Positions 44,201 through 59,400 of a stretch of 64,000 nucleotides of DNA are shown piece by piece. This stretch comes from the human T2T-CHM13v2.0 reference genome, Homo sapiens. Position 1 is the stretch's first letter; each line of letters starts with the position of its first letter. The notes beneath the pieces are model-generated. The model did not search any database. It saw only the letters and a program-made list of their open reading frames with translations, and was not told the origin of the DNA. Both the position numbers and the translations under genes were made by a program. The DNA lies in the NCBI RefSeq assembly GCF_009914755.1, contig NC_060948.1; one strand, 5' to 3'.

Positions 44201-47200
44201 TGAAAGGGCTCGAAAGGAATGGAGTCAAATGGAATGGTCTGGAATGGAATGAACACGAATGTAATGCAATCCAATAGAATGGAATCGAATGGCATGGAAT
44301 ATAAAGAAATGCAATCGAAGAGAATGGAAACAAACGGAATGGAATTGAATGGAATGGAATTGAATGGAATGGGAACGAATGGAGTGAAATTGTATGCAGT
44401 AGAAGAGAATAGAATGGAATACAAGCGAAAGGAAAGGAATGGATTGGAATGGAATGGAATTCATTGGAATGGAAGGGAATGTAGTGTAATGGACAGGCCT
44501 GGAATAAAGTGGAATGCTACGGTCTCGAATGGAATAAAAATGTATGGAATGGAATGCAATGAAACGGAATCGAATGTCATAGAATGTAATGGAATGCAAA
44601 AAAATGGAATCCAAAATCATTGACTGGAAAGGCTGGGTGTCGAAAGGAATTGACTCCAATGGAATGGAATCGAATGGAATGGAAGTGAATAGAATCGAAC
44701 TAAATCGAATGGAATGGAATTGATAGGAACGGAATGGAAAGGAATGCAATGATTTGGCATGGAATGGAATCGAATGGCATCGAATGGAATGGAATGGAAT
44801 GCAATGCAATGGAATGTATTAGAATGTAATGAACTTTAATGGAATGTACTCGAATGGATTCGACTGGAATGGAATGTTCTGGAAGTGAATGGACTCCAAT
44901 GGAATGGATTGAAAAGGAATGGAATCGTACGGAATGGAATCTAATGGAATGGAATTAAATGGAAATGAATCAAATTGAATAGCACGAAATTGAATTGAAT
45001 GGAATCGAATGCAATGGAATCTAATGAAATGGAAAGGAAAGGAATGGAATGGAATGGGCTGGAATGGAAAGGAATCGAAACGAATGGAATGGAATCGAAC
45101 TGAGGAGACTGGAATGGAATACACTTCAATGGAAGGGAATGTAATGGAAGGTTCTCGAAAAAAATGGAAACGAATGGAATGGAATTGAATGGAACGGAAT
45201 AGAGTCGAATGGAATTGAATGGAATGGAATGGACTAGAGTGAAATGGAATCGAACCACAAGGAATGGACAGGAATAGAATGGTCTCGAATTGAACGGAAT
45301 CGTATGGAATGGCATCAAACGGAATGGAATGGACAGCCACGGAATGGAATGCACTCGAATGCAATGGAGTCGAAACTAATGGACTGGAATAGAATGGACT
45401 CGACTGGTACGGACTCCAATGGAATGGAATCGAATGGAAGGGAATCGAACGGAATGGACTCGAAGGGAAAAGACTGCAATGGAAAGGTCTCGAATGGAAT
45501 GGAAATTAATGGAATGGAATGGAATCGAATGAAATGGAGTCAAAAGGAATGGAATCGAATGGCAAGAAATCGAATGTAATGGAATCGCAAGGAATTGATG
45601 TGAACGGAACGGAATGGAATGGAATCCAAAGAAATGGAATAGAATGGAATGGAATCGAATGGAAAGGACTCGAATGGAAATCACTCGAATAGAATGCAAT
45701 TTAATAAAATAGGATGAAATGTAATGGAATGGAATGGAAAGGAATCGAAACGAAAGGAATGGAGACAGATGGAATGGAATGGAACAGAGAGCAATGGTAT
45801 AGAATGGAATGGAATCATCTGGAATGGAATTGAATGGAATGGAATAATATGAAATGGAATGGAATGGAATGGAATGCCCTTGAATTAAATGGACTGGAAT
45901 GGAATGGACTCGAACAGAGTGGAATGGAAAGTGTTGAGATAGAATGGAATGGACTCGTTGGGAATGGTCTAGTATGCAATGCAATCGACTGGCAGGGAAT
46001 CAAAAGGAATGTAATCGAATGGATTGGACTGGAATGCAATGGACTCGAACAGATTGGAAACGGAATGCAAAGGAATGGAATGGAAGAGTATGGAATGGAA
46101 TGGAAAGGAATGGAGTGGAATAGACTAGAGTGGAATGGAATGGACTCGAAAGCAATGGACTGGAAAGGAACTTTCTTGAATGGACTGGAATCAAACGGAA
46201 TGGAATGCAATGCAATCAAATGGCATGGAATAAAATAGAATGAAAGAGAATCAAATGGAATGGAATCGAATGGAATCGAATGGATTGGAAAGGAATAGAA
46301 TGGAATGGAATGGAATTGATTCAAATGGAATGGACTAGAATGGAATGGATTCGAATGGAAGGCAAAGGAATGGAATCTACTGGAATGGACTGCAATGGAA
46401 TGGAATGGAAGGGATTGGAATGGACTCGAATGGAATGGACTGCAATAGAAAGGATTCGAATGGCATGAAAAAGAATTGAATGGAATAGAACAGAATGGAA
46501 TCAAATCGAATGAAATGGAATGGAATAGAAAGGAATGGAATGAAATGGAATGGAAAGGATTCGAATGGAATGCAATCGAATGGAATGGAATCGAACGGAA
46601 TGGAATAAAATGGAAGCAAACTGGCAAGAAATGGAATCGAAATGAATGGAGTGTTATGGATCGGACTCAAAATGAATTGAATGTAATAGAATGGAGTGGA
46701 GTGGACTCGAATATAATGGACTGGAATGGAATGAAATCACATGGAATGGGAACGAATGGAATGGAATGGAAAGGAATGGAATCGAATGGAAAGGAATCGA
46801 ATGGAAGGGAATGAAATTGAATCAACAGGAATGGAAAGGAATAGAATAGACGGTAATGGAATGGACTCGAATAGAATGGACACGAATGCTCAAATTGAAT
46901 GGACTCGAATGGAATGGAAACGAAAGGAATGTCATCGAATGGAATGGAATCGATTGGAATGAAATCGCATAGAATGGAGTGGAATCAAATGGAATTGAAT
47001 CGAAAGGAAAGGAAGCGAATGGACTGAAATGAAATGGAATGGAATTGAATGGAAAGTAATGCAATGGAATAGAATGGAACGAAATTTCACGGAATGGAAT
47101 CAAACTGAATGGAATCAAATCAATGGAATATAATCAAATGGAATGGAAAGGAATTGAATGGAGTAGATGGGATTGGATGGGATTGGAATGAAATGTACTG

Positions 47201-49391
47201 GAAAGGACTCGAATTTCATGAAACGGAATGGAATGAATTGGAACGGAATGGACTCGAATGGAATGGAATGTCATGGAATGGCATCAAATGGAATGGCATC
47301 AAATGGAATGGAATCGAATGCAATGGAATGCTATGGAATGGAATGGAATGCATTGGAATGGAATGTCCTCTAATGGAATGGATTCGAGTGGAATGGAATC
47401 GAATATAATGGAGTCGAATGAAATGGAATTGAAAGGAATGGGATCGAATACAATGGAATATACTGGAATGTAATGTAATGAACTCGAATGTAATTGACTG
47501 GAATGGAATGTACATGAATGGAATGTAATCGAATGGAAAGTAATCCAATGGAATAGAATCTAATGCAATAAAATCGACTCAGATAGAGTAGAATGTAATG
47601 GAATGGAGTGCAGTGCAATGGAATGGAATGGAATGGAACGCAATGGAATGGAATGGAATGGGATGGAATGGTATGGAATGGATAGTAATGGACTGGAGTG
47701 AAATGGACTGGAAAGGAATGGACTCAAATTGAAAGGGCTCGAAAGGAATGGAGTCAAATGGAATGGTCTGGAATGGAATGAACACGAATGTAATGCAATC
47801 CAATAGAATGGAATCGAATGGCATGGAATATAAAGAAATGCAATCGAAGAGAATGGAAACAAACGGAATGGAATTGAATGGAATGGAATTGAATGGAATG
47901 GGAACGAATGGAGTGAAATTGTATGCAGTAGAAGAGAATAGAATGGAATACAAGCGAAAGGAAAGGAATGGATTGGAATGGAATGGAATTCATTGGAATG
48001 GAAGGGAATGTAGTGTAATGGACAGGCCTGGAATAAAGTGGAATGCTACGGTCTCGAATGGAATAAAAATGTATGGAATGGAATGCAATGAAACGGAATC
48101 GAATGTCATAGAATGTAATGGAATGCAAAAAAATGGAATCCAAAATCATTGACTGGAAAGGCTGGGTGTCGAAAGGAATTGACTCCAATGGAATGGAATC
48201 GAATGGAATGGAAGTGAATAGAATCGAACTAAATCGAATGGAATGGAATTGATAGGAACGGAATGGAAAGGAATGCAATGATTTGGCATGGAATGGAATC
48301 GAATGGCATCGAATGGAATGGAATGGAATGCAATGCAATGGAATGTATTAGAATGTAATGAACTTTAATGGAATGTACTCGAATGGATTCGACTGGAATG
48401 GAATGTTCTGGAAGTGAATGGACTCCAATGGAATGGATTGAAAAGGAATGGAATCGTACGGAATGGAATCTAATGGAATGGAATTAAATGGAAATGAATC
48501 AAATTGAATAGCACGAAATTGAATTGAATGGAATCGAATGCAATGGAATCTAATGAAATGGAAAGGAAAGGAATGGAATGGAATGGGCTGGAATGGAAAG
48601 GAATCGAAACGAATGGAATGGAATCGAACTGAGGAGACTGGAATGGAATACACTTCAATGGAAGGGAATGTAATGGAAGGTTCTCGAAAAAAATGGAAAC
48701 GAATGGAATGGAATTGAATGGAACGGAATAGAGTCGAATGGAATTGAATGGAATGGAATGGACTAGAGTGAAATGGAATCGAACCACAAGGAATGGACAG
48801 GAATAGAATGGTCTCGAATTGAACGGAATCGTATGGAATGGCATCAAACGGAATGGAATGGACAGCCACGGAATGGAATGCACTCGAATGCAATGGAGTC
48901 GAAACTAATGGACTGGAATAGAATGGACTCGACTGGTACGGACTCCAATGGAATGGAATCGAATGGAAGGGAATCGAACGGAATGGACTCGAAGGGAAAA
49001 GACTGCAATGGAAAGGTCTCGAATGGAATGGAAATTAATGGAATGGAATGGAATCGAATGAAATGGAGTCAAAAGGAATGGAATCGAATGGCAAGAAATC
49101 GAATGTAATGGAATCGCAAGGAATTGATGTGAACGGAACGGAATGGAATGGAATCCAAAGAAATGGAATAGAATGGAATGGAATCGAATGGAAAGGACTC
49201 GAATGGAAATCACTCGAATAGAATGCAATTTAATAAAATAGGATGAAATGTAATGGAATGGAATGGAAAGGAATCGAAACGAAAGGAATGGAGACAGATG
49301 GAATGGAATGGAACAGAGAGCAATGGTATAGAATGGAATGGAATCATCTGGAATGGAATTGAATGGAATGGAATAATATGAAATGGAATGG
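35276..49391 (+). repeat. DYZ1 units U11-U14 (4 x 3529 bp; starts 35276, 38805, 42334, 45863)
   Basis: Constant 3529 spacing. U11~U12 and U13~U14 share diagnostic variants. Confidence 0.9.
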
Positions 49392-52300
49392 AATGGAATG
49401 GAATGCCCTTGAATTAAATGGACTGGAATGGAATGGACTCGAACAGAGTGGAATGGAAAGTGTTGAGATAGAATGGAATGGACTCGTTTGGAATGGTCTA
49501 GTATGCAATGCAATCGACTGCAGGGAATCAAAAGGAATGTAATCGAATGGATTGGACTGGAATGCAATGGACTCGAATAGATTGGAAACGGAATGCAAAG
49601 GAATGGAATGGAATAGTATGGAATGGAATGGAAAGGAATGGAGTGGAATAGACTAGAGTGGAATGGAATGGACTCGAAAGCAATGGACTGGAATGGAACT
49701 TTCTTGAATGGACTGGAATCAAACGGAATGGAATGCAATGCAATCAAATGGCATGGAATAAAATAGAATGAAAGAGAATCAAATGGAATGGAATCGAATG
49801 GAATCGAATGGATTGGAAAGGAATAGAATGGAATGGAATGGAATTGATTCAAATGGAATGGACTAGAATGGAATGGATTCGAATGGAAGGCAAAGGAATG
49901 GAATCTATTGGAATGGACTGCAATGGAATGGAATGGAAGGGATTGGAATGGACTCGAATGGAATGGACTGCAATAGAAAGGATTCGAATGGCATGAAAAA
50001 GAATTGAATGGAATAGAACAGAATGGAATCAAATCGAATGAAATGGAATGGAATAGAAAGGAATGGAATGAAATGGAATGGAAAGGATTCGAATGGAATG
50101 CAATCGAATGGAATGGAATCGAACGGAATGGAATAAAATGGAAGCAAACTGGCAAGAAATGGAATCGAAATGAATGGAGTGTTATGGATCGGACTCAAAA
50201 TGAATTGAATGTAATAGAATGGAGTGGAGTGGACTCGAATATAATGGACTGGAATGGAATGAAATCACATGGAATGGGAACGAATGGAATGGAATGGAAA
50301 GGAATGGAATGGAATGGAAAGGAATCGAATGGAAGGGAATGAAATTGAATCAACAGGAATGGAAGGGAATAGAATAGACGGTAATGGAATGGACTCGAAT
50401 AGAATGGACACGAATGCTCAAATTGAATGGACTCGAATGGAATGGAAACGAAAGGAATGTCATCGAATGGAATGGAATCGATTGGAATGAAATCGCATAG
50501 AATGGAGTGGAATCAAATGGAATTGAATCGAAAGGAAAGGAAGCGAATGGACTGAAATGAAATGGAATGGAATTGAATGGAAAGTAATGCAATGGAATAG
50601 AATGGAACGAAATTTCACGGAATGGAATCAAACTGAATGGAATCAAATCAATGGAATATAATCAAATGGAATGGAAAGGAATTGAATGGAGTAGATGGGA
50701 TTGGATGGGATTGGAATGAAATGTACTGGAAAGGACTCGAATTTCATGAAACGGAATGGAATGAATTGGAACGGAATGGACTCGAATGGAATGGAATGTC
50801 ATGGAATGGCATCAAATGGAATGGCATCAAATGGAATGGAATCGAATGCAATGGAATGCTATGGAATGGAATGGAATGCATTGGAATGGAATGTCCTCTA
50901 ATGGAATGGATTCGAGTGGAATGGAATCGAATATAATGGAGTCGAATGAAATGGAATTGAAAGGAATGGGATCGAATACAATGGAATATACTGGAATGTA
51001 ATGTAATGAACTCGAATGTAATTGACTGGAATGGAATGTACATGAATGGAATGTAATCGAATGGAAAGTAATCCAATGGAATAGAATCTAATGCAATAAA
51101 ATCGACTCAGATAGAGTAGAATGTAATGGAATGGAGTGCAGTGCAATGGAATGGAATGGAATGGAATGCAATGGAATGGAATGGAATGGGATGGAATGGT
51201 ATGGAATGGATAGTAATGGACTGGAGTGAAATGGACTGGAAAGGAATGGACTCAAATTGAAAGGGCTCGAAAGGAATGGAGTCAAATGGAATGGTCTGGA
51301 ATGGAATGAACACGAATGTAATGCAATCCAATAGAATGGAATCGAATGGCATGGAATAAAAAGAAATGCAATCGAAGAGAATGGAAACAAACGGAATGGA
51401 ATTGAATGGAATGGAATTGAATGGAATGGGAACGAATGGAGTGAAATTGTATGCAGTAGAAGAGAATAGAATGGAATGCAAGCGAAAGGAAAGGAATGGA
51501 TTGGAATGGAATGGAATTCATTGGAATGGAAGGGAATGTAGTGTAATGGACAGGCCTGGAATAAAGTGGAATGCTACGGTCTCGAATGGAATAAAAATGT
51601 ATGGAATGGAATGCAATGAAACGGAATCGAATGTCATAGAATGTAATGGAATGCAAAAAAATGGAATCCAAAATCATTGACTGGAAAGGCTGGGTGTCGA
51701 AAGGAATTGACTCCAATGGAATGGAATCGAATGGAATGGAAGTGAATAGAATCGAACTAAATCGAATGGAATGGAATTGATAGGAATGGAATGGAAAGGA
51801 ATGCAATGATTTGGCATGGAATGGAATCGAATGGCATCGAATGGAATGGAATGGAATGCAATGCAATGGAAAGTATTAGAATGTAATGAACTTTAATGGA
51901 ATGTACTCGAATGGATTCGACTGGAATGGAATGTTCTGGAAGTGAATGGACTCCAATGGAATGGATTGAAAAGGAATGGAATCGTACGGAATGGAATCTA
52001 ATGGAATGGAATTAAATGGAAATGAATCAAATTGAATAGCACGAAATTGAATTGAATGGAATCGAATGCAATGGAATCTAATGAAATGGAAAGGAAAGGA
52101 ATGGAATGGAATGGGCTGGAATGGAAAGGAATCGAAACGAATGGAATGGAATCGAACTGAGGAGACTGGAATGGAATACACTTCAATGGAAGGGAATGTA
52201 ATGGAAGGTTCTCGAAAAAAATGGAAACGAATGGAATGGAATTGAATGGAACGGAATAGAGTCGAATGGAATTGAATGGAATGGAATGGACTAGAGTGAA

Positions 52301-52919
52301 ATGGAATCGAACCACAAGGAATGGACAGGAATAGAATGGTCTCGAATTGAACGGAATCGTATGGAATGGCATCAAACGGAATGGAATGGACAGCCACGGA
52401 ATGGAATGCACTCGAATCCAATGGAGTCGAAACTAATGGACTGGAATAGAATGGACTCGACTGGTACGGACTCCAATGGAATGGAATCGAATGGAAGGGA
52501 ATCGAACGGAATGGACTCGAAGGGAAAAGACTGCAATGGAAAGGTCTCGAATGGAATGGAAATTAATGGAATGGAATGGAATCGAATGAAATGGAGTCAA
52601 AAGGAATGGAATCGAATGGCAAGACATCGAATGTAATGGAATCGCAAGGAATTGATGTGAACGGAACGGAATGGAATGGAATCCAAAGAAATGGAATAGA
52701 ATGGAATGGAATCGAATGGAAAGGACTCGAATGGAAATCACTCGAATAGAATGCAATTTAATAAAATAGGATGAAATGTAATGGAATGGAATGGAAAGGA
52801 ATCGAAACGAAAGGAATGGAGACAGATGGAATGGAATGGAACAGAGAGCAATGGTATAGAATGGAATGGAATCATCTGGAATGGAATTGAATGGAATGGA
52901 ATAATATGAAATGGAATGG
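49392..52919 (+). repeat. DYZ1 unit U15 (3528 bp; 1-bp deletion near 49520)
   Basis: gactgcaggg versus gactggcaggg in all other units. Confidence 0.88.
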
Positions 52920-55900
52920 AATGGAATGGAATGCCCTTGAATTAAATGGACTGGAATGGAATGGACTCGAACAGAGTGGAATGGAAAGTGTTGAGATAGA
53001 ATGGAATGGACTCGTTGGGAATGGTCTAGTATGCAATGCAATCGACTGGCAGGGAATCAAAAGGAATGTAATCGAATGGATTGGACTGGAATGCAATGGA
53101 CTCGAATAGATTGGAAACGGAATGCAAAGGAATGGAATGGAATAGTATGGAATGGAATGGAAAGGAATGGAGTGGAATACACTAGAGTGGAATGGAATGG
53201 ACTCGAAAGCAATGGACTGGAATGGAACTTTCTTGAATGGACTGGAATCAAACGGAATGGAATGCAATGCAATCAAATGGCATGGAATAAAATAGAATGA
53301 AAGAGAATCAAATGGAATGGAATCGAATGGAATCGAATGGATTGGAAAGGAATAGAATGGAATGGAATGGAATTGATTCAAATGGAATGGACTAGAATGG
53401 AATGGATTCGAATGGAAGGCAAAGGAATGGAATCTATTGGAATGGCCTGCAATGGAATGGAATGGAAGGGATTGGAATGGACTCGAATGGAATGGACTGC
53501 AATAGAAAGGATTCGAATGGCATGAAAAAGAATTGAATGGAATAGAACAGAATGGAATCAAATCGAATGAAATGGAATGGAATAGAAAGGAATGGAATGA
53601 AATGGAATGGAAAGGATTCGAATGGAATGCAATCGAATGGAATGGAATCGAACGGAATGGAATAAAATGGAAGCAAACTGGCAAGAAATGGAATCGAAAT
53701 GAATGGAGTGTTATGGATCGGACTCAAAATGAATTGAATGTAATAGAATGGAGTGGAGTGGACTCGAATATAATGGACTGGAATGGAATGAAATCACATG
53801 GAATGGGAACGAATGGAATGGAATGGAAAGGAATGGAATCGAATGGAAAGGAATCGAATGGAAGGGAATGAAATTGAATCAACAGGAATGGAAGGGAATA
53901 GAATAGACGGTAATGGAATGGACTCGAATAGAATGGACACGAATGCTCAAATTGAATGGACTCGAATGGAATGGAAACGAAAGGAATGTCATCGAATGGA
54001 ATGGAATCGATTGGAATGAAATCGCATAGAATGGAGTGGAATCAAATGGAATTGAATCGAAAGGAAAGGAAGCGAATGGACTGAAATGAAATGGAATGGA
54101 ATTGAATGGAAAGTAATGCAATGGAATAGAATGGAACGAAATTTCACGGAATGGAATCAAACTGAATGGAATCAAATCAATGGAATATAATCAAATGGAA
54201 TGGAAAGGAATTGAATGGAGTAGATGGGATTGGATGGGATTGGAATGAAATGTACTGGAAAGGACTCGAATTTCATGAAACGGAATGGAATGAATTGGAA
54301 CGGAATGGACTCGAATGGAATGGAATGTCATGGAATGGCATCAAATGGAATGGAATCGAATGCAATGGAATGCTATGGAATGGAATGGAATGCATTGGAA
54401 TGGAATGTCCTCTAATGGAATGGATTCGAGTGGAATGGAATCGAATATAATGGAGTCGAATGAAATGGAATTGAAAGGAATGGGATCGAATACAATGGAA
54501 TATACTGGAATGTAATGTAATGAACTCGAATGTAATTGACTGGAATGGAATGTACATGAATGGAATGTAATCGAATGGAAAGTAATCCAATGGAATAGAA
54601 TCTAATGCAATAAAATCGACTCAGATAGAGTAGAATGTAATGGAATGGAGTGCAGTGCAATGGAATGGAATGGAATGGAATGCAATGGAATGGAATGGAA
54701 TGGGATGGAATGGTATGGAATGGATAGTAATGGACTGGAGTGAAATGGACTGGAAAGGAATGGACTCAAATTGAAAGGGCTCGAAAGGAATGGAGTCAAA
54801 TGGAATGGTCTGGAATGGAATGAACACGAATGTAATGCAATCCAATAGAATGGAATCGAATGGCATGGAATATAAAGAAATGCAATCGAAGAGAATGGAA
54901 ACAAACGGAATGGAATTGAATGGAATGGAATTGAATGGAATGGGAACGAATGGAGTGAAATTGTATGCAGTAGAAGAGAATAGAATGGAATGCAAGCGAA
55001 AGGAAAGGAATGGATTGGAATGGAATGGAATTCATTGGAATGGAAGGGAATGTAGTGTAATGGACAGGCCTGGAATAAAGTGGAATGCTACGGTCTCGAA
55101 TGGAATAAAAATGTATGGAATGGAATGCAATGAAACGGAATCGAATGTCATAGAATGTAATGGAATGCAAAAAAATGGAATCCAAAATCATTGACTGGAA
55201 AGGCTGGGTGTCGAAAGGAATTGACTCCAATGGAATGGAATCGAATGGAATGGAAGTGAATAGAATCGAACTAAATCGAATGGAATGGAATTGATAGGAA
55301 CGGAATGGAAAGGAATGCAATGATTTGGCATGGAATGGAATCGAATGGCATCGAATGGAATGGAATGGAATGCAATGCAATGGAATGTATTAGAATGTAA
55401 TGAACTTTAATGGAATGTACTCGAATGGATTCGACTGGAATGGAATGTTCTGGAAGTGAATGGACTCCAATGGAATGGATTGAAAAGGAATGGAATCGTA
55501 CGGAATGGAATCTAATGGAATGGAATTAAATGGAAATGAATCAAATTGAATAGCACGAAATTGAATTGAATGGAATCGAATGCAATGGAATCTAATGAAA
55601 TGGAAAGGAAAGGAATGGAATGGAATGGGCTGGAATGGAAAGGAATCGAAACGAATGGAATGGAATCGAACTGAGGAGACTGGAATGGAATACACTTCAA
55701 TGGAAGGGAATGTAATGGAAGGTTCTCGAAAAAAATGGAAAAGAATGGAATGGAATTGAATGGAACGGAATAGAGTCGAATGGAATTGAATGGAATGGAA
55801 TGGACTAGAGTGAAATGGAATCGAACCACAAGGAATGGACAGGAATAGAATGGTCTCGAATTGAACGGAATCGTATGGAATGGCATCAAACGGAATGGAA

Positions 55901-56433
55901 TGGACAGCCACGGAATGGAATGCACTCGAATCCAATGGAGTCGAAACTAATGGACTGGAATAGAATGGACTCGACTGGTACGGACTCCAATGGAATGGAA
56001 TCGAATGGAAGGGAATCGAACGGAATGGACTCGAAGGGAAAAGACTGCAATGGAAAGGTCTCGAATGGAATGGAAATTAATGGAATGGAATGGAATCGAA
56101 TGAAATGGAGTCAAAAGGAATGGAATCGAATGGCAAGAAATCGAATGTAATGGAATCGCAAGGAATTGATGTGAACGGAACGGAATGGAATGGAATCCAA
56201 AGAAATGGAATAGAATGGAATGGAATCGAATGGAAAGGACTCGAATGGAAATCACTCGAATAGAATGCAATTTAATAAAATAGGATGAAATGTAATGGAA
56301 TGGAATGGAAAGGAATCGAAACGAAAGGAATGGAGACAGATGGAATGGAATGGAACAGAGAGCAATGGTATAGAATGGAATGGAATCATCTGGAATGGAA
56401 TTGAATGGAATGGAATAATATGAAATGGAATGG
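52920..56433 (+). repeat. DYZ1 unit U16 (3514 bp; one copy of a 15-bp direct repeat missing; extra HaeIII site at 53444)
   Basis: Single ATGGAATGGCATCAA at 54330-54344 versus two copies elsewhere. Pseudo-ORFs over this site are 5 aa shorter. Confidence 0.9.
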
Positions 56434-59400
56434 AATGGAATGGAATGCCCTTGAATTAAATGGACTGGAATGGAATGGACTCGAACAGAGTGGAATGGAA
56501 AGTGTTGAGATAGAATGGAATGGACTCGTTTGGAATGGTCTAGTATGCAATGCAATCGACTGGCAGGGAATCAAAAGGAATGTAATCGAATGGATTGGAC
56601 TGGAATGCAATGGACTCGAATAGATTGGAAACGGAATGCAAAGGAATGGAATGGAATAGTATGGAATGGAATGGAAAGGAATGGAGTGGAATAGACTAGA
56701 GTGGAATGGAATGGACTCGAAAGCAATGGACTGGAATGGAACTTTCTTGAATGGACTGGAATCAAACGGAATGGAATGCAATGCAATCAAATGGCATGGA
56801 ATAAAATAGAATGAAAGAGAATCAAATGGAATGGAATCGAATGGAATCGAATGGATTGGAAAGGAATAGAATGGAATGGAATGGAATTGATTCAAATGGA
56901 ATGGACTAGAATGGAATGGATTCGAATGGAAGGCAAAGGAATGGAATCTATTGGAATGGACTGCAATGGAATGGAATGGAAGGGATTGGAATGGACTCGA
57001 ATGGAATGGACTGCAATAGAAAGGATTCGAATGGCATGAAAAAGAATTGAATGGAATAGAACAGAATGGAATCAAATCGAATGAAATGGAATGGAATAGA
57101 AAGGAATGGAATGAAATGGAATGGAAAGGATTCGAATGGAATGCAATCGAATGGAATGGAATCGAACGGAATGGAATAAAATGGAAGCAAACTGGCAAGA
57201 AATGGAATCGAAATGAATGGAGTGTTATGGATCAGACTCAAAATGAATTGAATGTAATAGAATGGAGTGGAGTGGACTCGAATATAATGGACTGGAATGG
57301 AATGAAATCACATGGAATGGGAACGAATGGAATGGAATGGAAAGGAATGGAATCGAATGGAAAGGAATCGAATGGAAGGGAATGAAATTGAATCAACAGG
57401 AATGGAAGGGAATAGAATAGACGGTAATGGAATGGACTCGAATAGAATGGACACGAATGCTCAAATTGAATGGACTCGAATGGAATGGAAACGAAAGGAA
57501 TGTCATCGAATGGAATGGAATCGATTGGAATGAAATCGCATAGAATGGAGTGGAATCAAATGGAATTGAATCGAAAGGAAAGGAAGCGAATGGACTGAAA
57601 TGAAATGGAATGGAATTGAATGGAAAGTAATGCAATGGAATAGAATGGAACGAAATTTCACGGAATGGAATCAAACTGAATGGAATCAAATCAATGGAAT
57701 ATAATCAAATGGAATGGAAAGGAATTGAATGGAGTAGATGGGATTGGATGGGATTGGAATGAAATGTACTGGAAAGGACTCGAATTTCATGAAACGGAAT
57801 GGAATGAATTGGAACGGAATGGACTCGAATGGAATGGAATGTCATGGAATGGCATCAAATGGAATGGCATCAAATGGAATGGAATCGAATGCAATGGAAT
57901 GCTATGGAATGGAATGGAATGCATTGGAATGGAATGTCCTCTAATGGAATGGATTCGAGTGGAATGGAATCGAATATAATGGAGTCGAATGAAATGGAAT
58001 TGAAAGGAATGGGATCGAATACAATGGAATATACTGGAATGTAATGTAATGAACTCGAATGTAATTGACTGGAATGGAATGTACATGAATGGAATGTAAT
58101 CGAATGGAAAGTAATCCAATGGAATAGAATCTAATGCAATAAAATCGACTCAGATAGAGTAGAATGTAATGGAATGGAGTGCAGTGCAATGGAATGGAAT
58201 GGAATGGAATGCAATGGAATGGAATGGAATGGGATGGAATGGTATGGAATGGATAGTAATGGACTGGAGTGAAATGGACTGGAAAGGAATGGACTCAAAT
58301 TGAAAGGGCTCGAAAGGAATGGAGTCAAATGGAATGGTCTGGAATGGAATGAACACGAATGTAATGCAATCCAATAGAATGGAATCGAATGGCATGGAAT
58401 AAAAAGAAATGCAATCGAAGAGAATGGAAACAAACGGAATGGAATTGAATGGAATGGAATTGAATGGAATGGGAACGAATGGAGTGAAATTGTATGCAGT
58501 AGAAGAGAATAGAATGGAATGCAAGCGAAAGGAAAGGAATGGATTGGAATGGAATGGAATTCATTGGAATGGAAGGGAATGTAGTGTAATGGACAGGCCT
58601 GGAATAAAGTGGAATGCTACGGTCTCGAATGGAATAAAAATGTATGGAATGGAATGTAATGAAACGGAATCGAATGTCATAGAATGTAATGGAATGCAAA
58701 AAAATGGAATCCAAAATCATTGACTAGAAAGGCTGGGTGTCGAAAGGAATTGACTCCAATGGAATGGAATCGAATGGAATGGAAGTGAATAGAATCGAAC
58801 TAAATCGAATGGAATGGAATTGATAGGAACGGAATGGAAAGGAATGCAATGATTTGGCATGGAATGGAATCGAATGGCATCGAATGGAATGGAATGGAAT
58901 GCAATGCAATGGAAAGTATTAGAATGTAATGAACTTTAATGGAATGTACACGAATGGATTCGACTGGAATGGAATGTTCTGGAAGTGAATGGACTCCAAT
59001 GGAATGGATTGAAAAGGAATGGAATCGTACGGAATGGAATCTAATGGAATGGAATTAAATGGAAATGAATCAAATTGAATAGCACGAAATTGAATTGAAT
59101 GGAATCGAATGCAATGGAATCTAATGAAATGGAAAGGAAAGGAATGGAATGGAATGGGCTGGAATGGAAAGGAATCGAAACGAATGGAATGGAATCGAAC
59201 TGAGGAGACTGGAATGGAATACACTTCAATGGAAGGGAATGTAATGGAAGGTTCTCGAAAAAAATGGAAACGAATGGAATGGAATTGAATGGAACGGAAT
59301 AGAGTCGAATGGAATTGAATGGAATGGAATGGACTAGAGTGAAATGGAATCGAACCACAAGGAATGGACAGGAATAGAATGGTCTCGAATTGAACGGAAT

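Noticed and set aside
45834-46238. Extended 134-aa plus-strand ORF unique to U14
   Set aside because: It is read-through caused by the T>C change at 46050 in a TAG codon, with no evidence of coding function.
48905-50155. Longest ORF, 416 aa on the minus strand
   Set aside because: It is a fusion of the usual 270-aa and 202-aa pseudo-ORFs caused by the 1-bp deletion near 49520, and it is low-complexity satellite translation.
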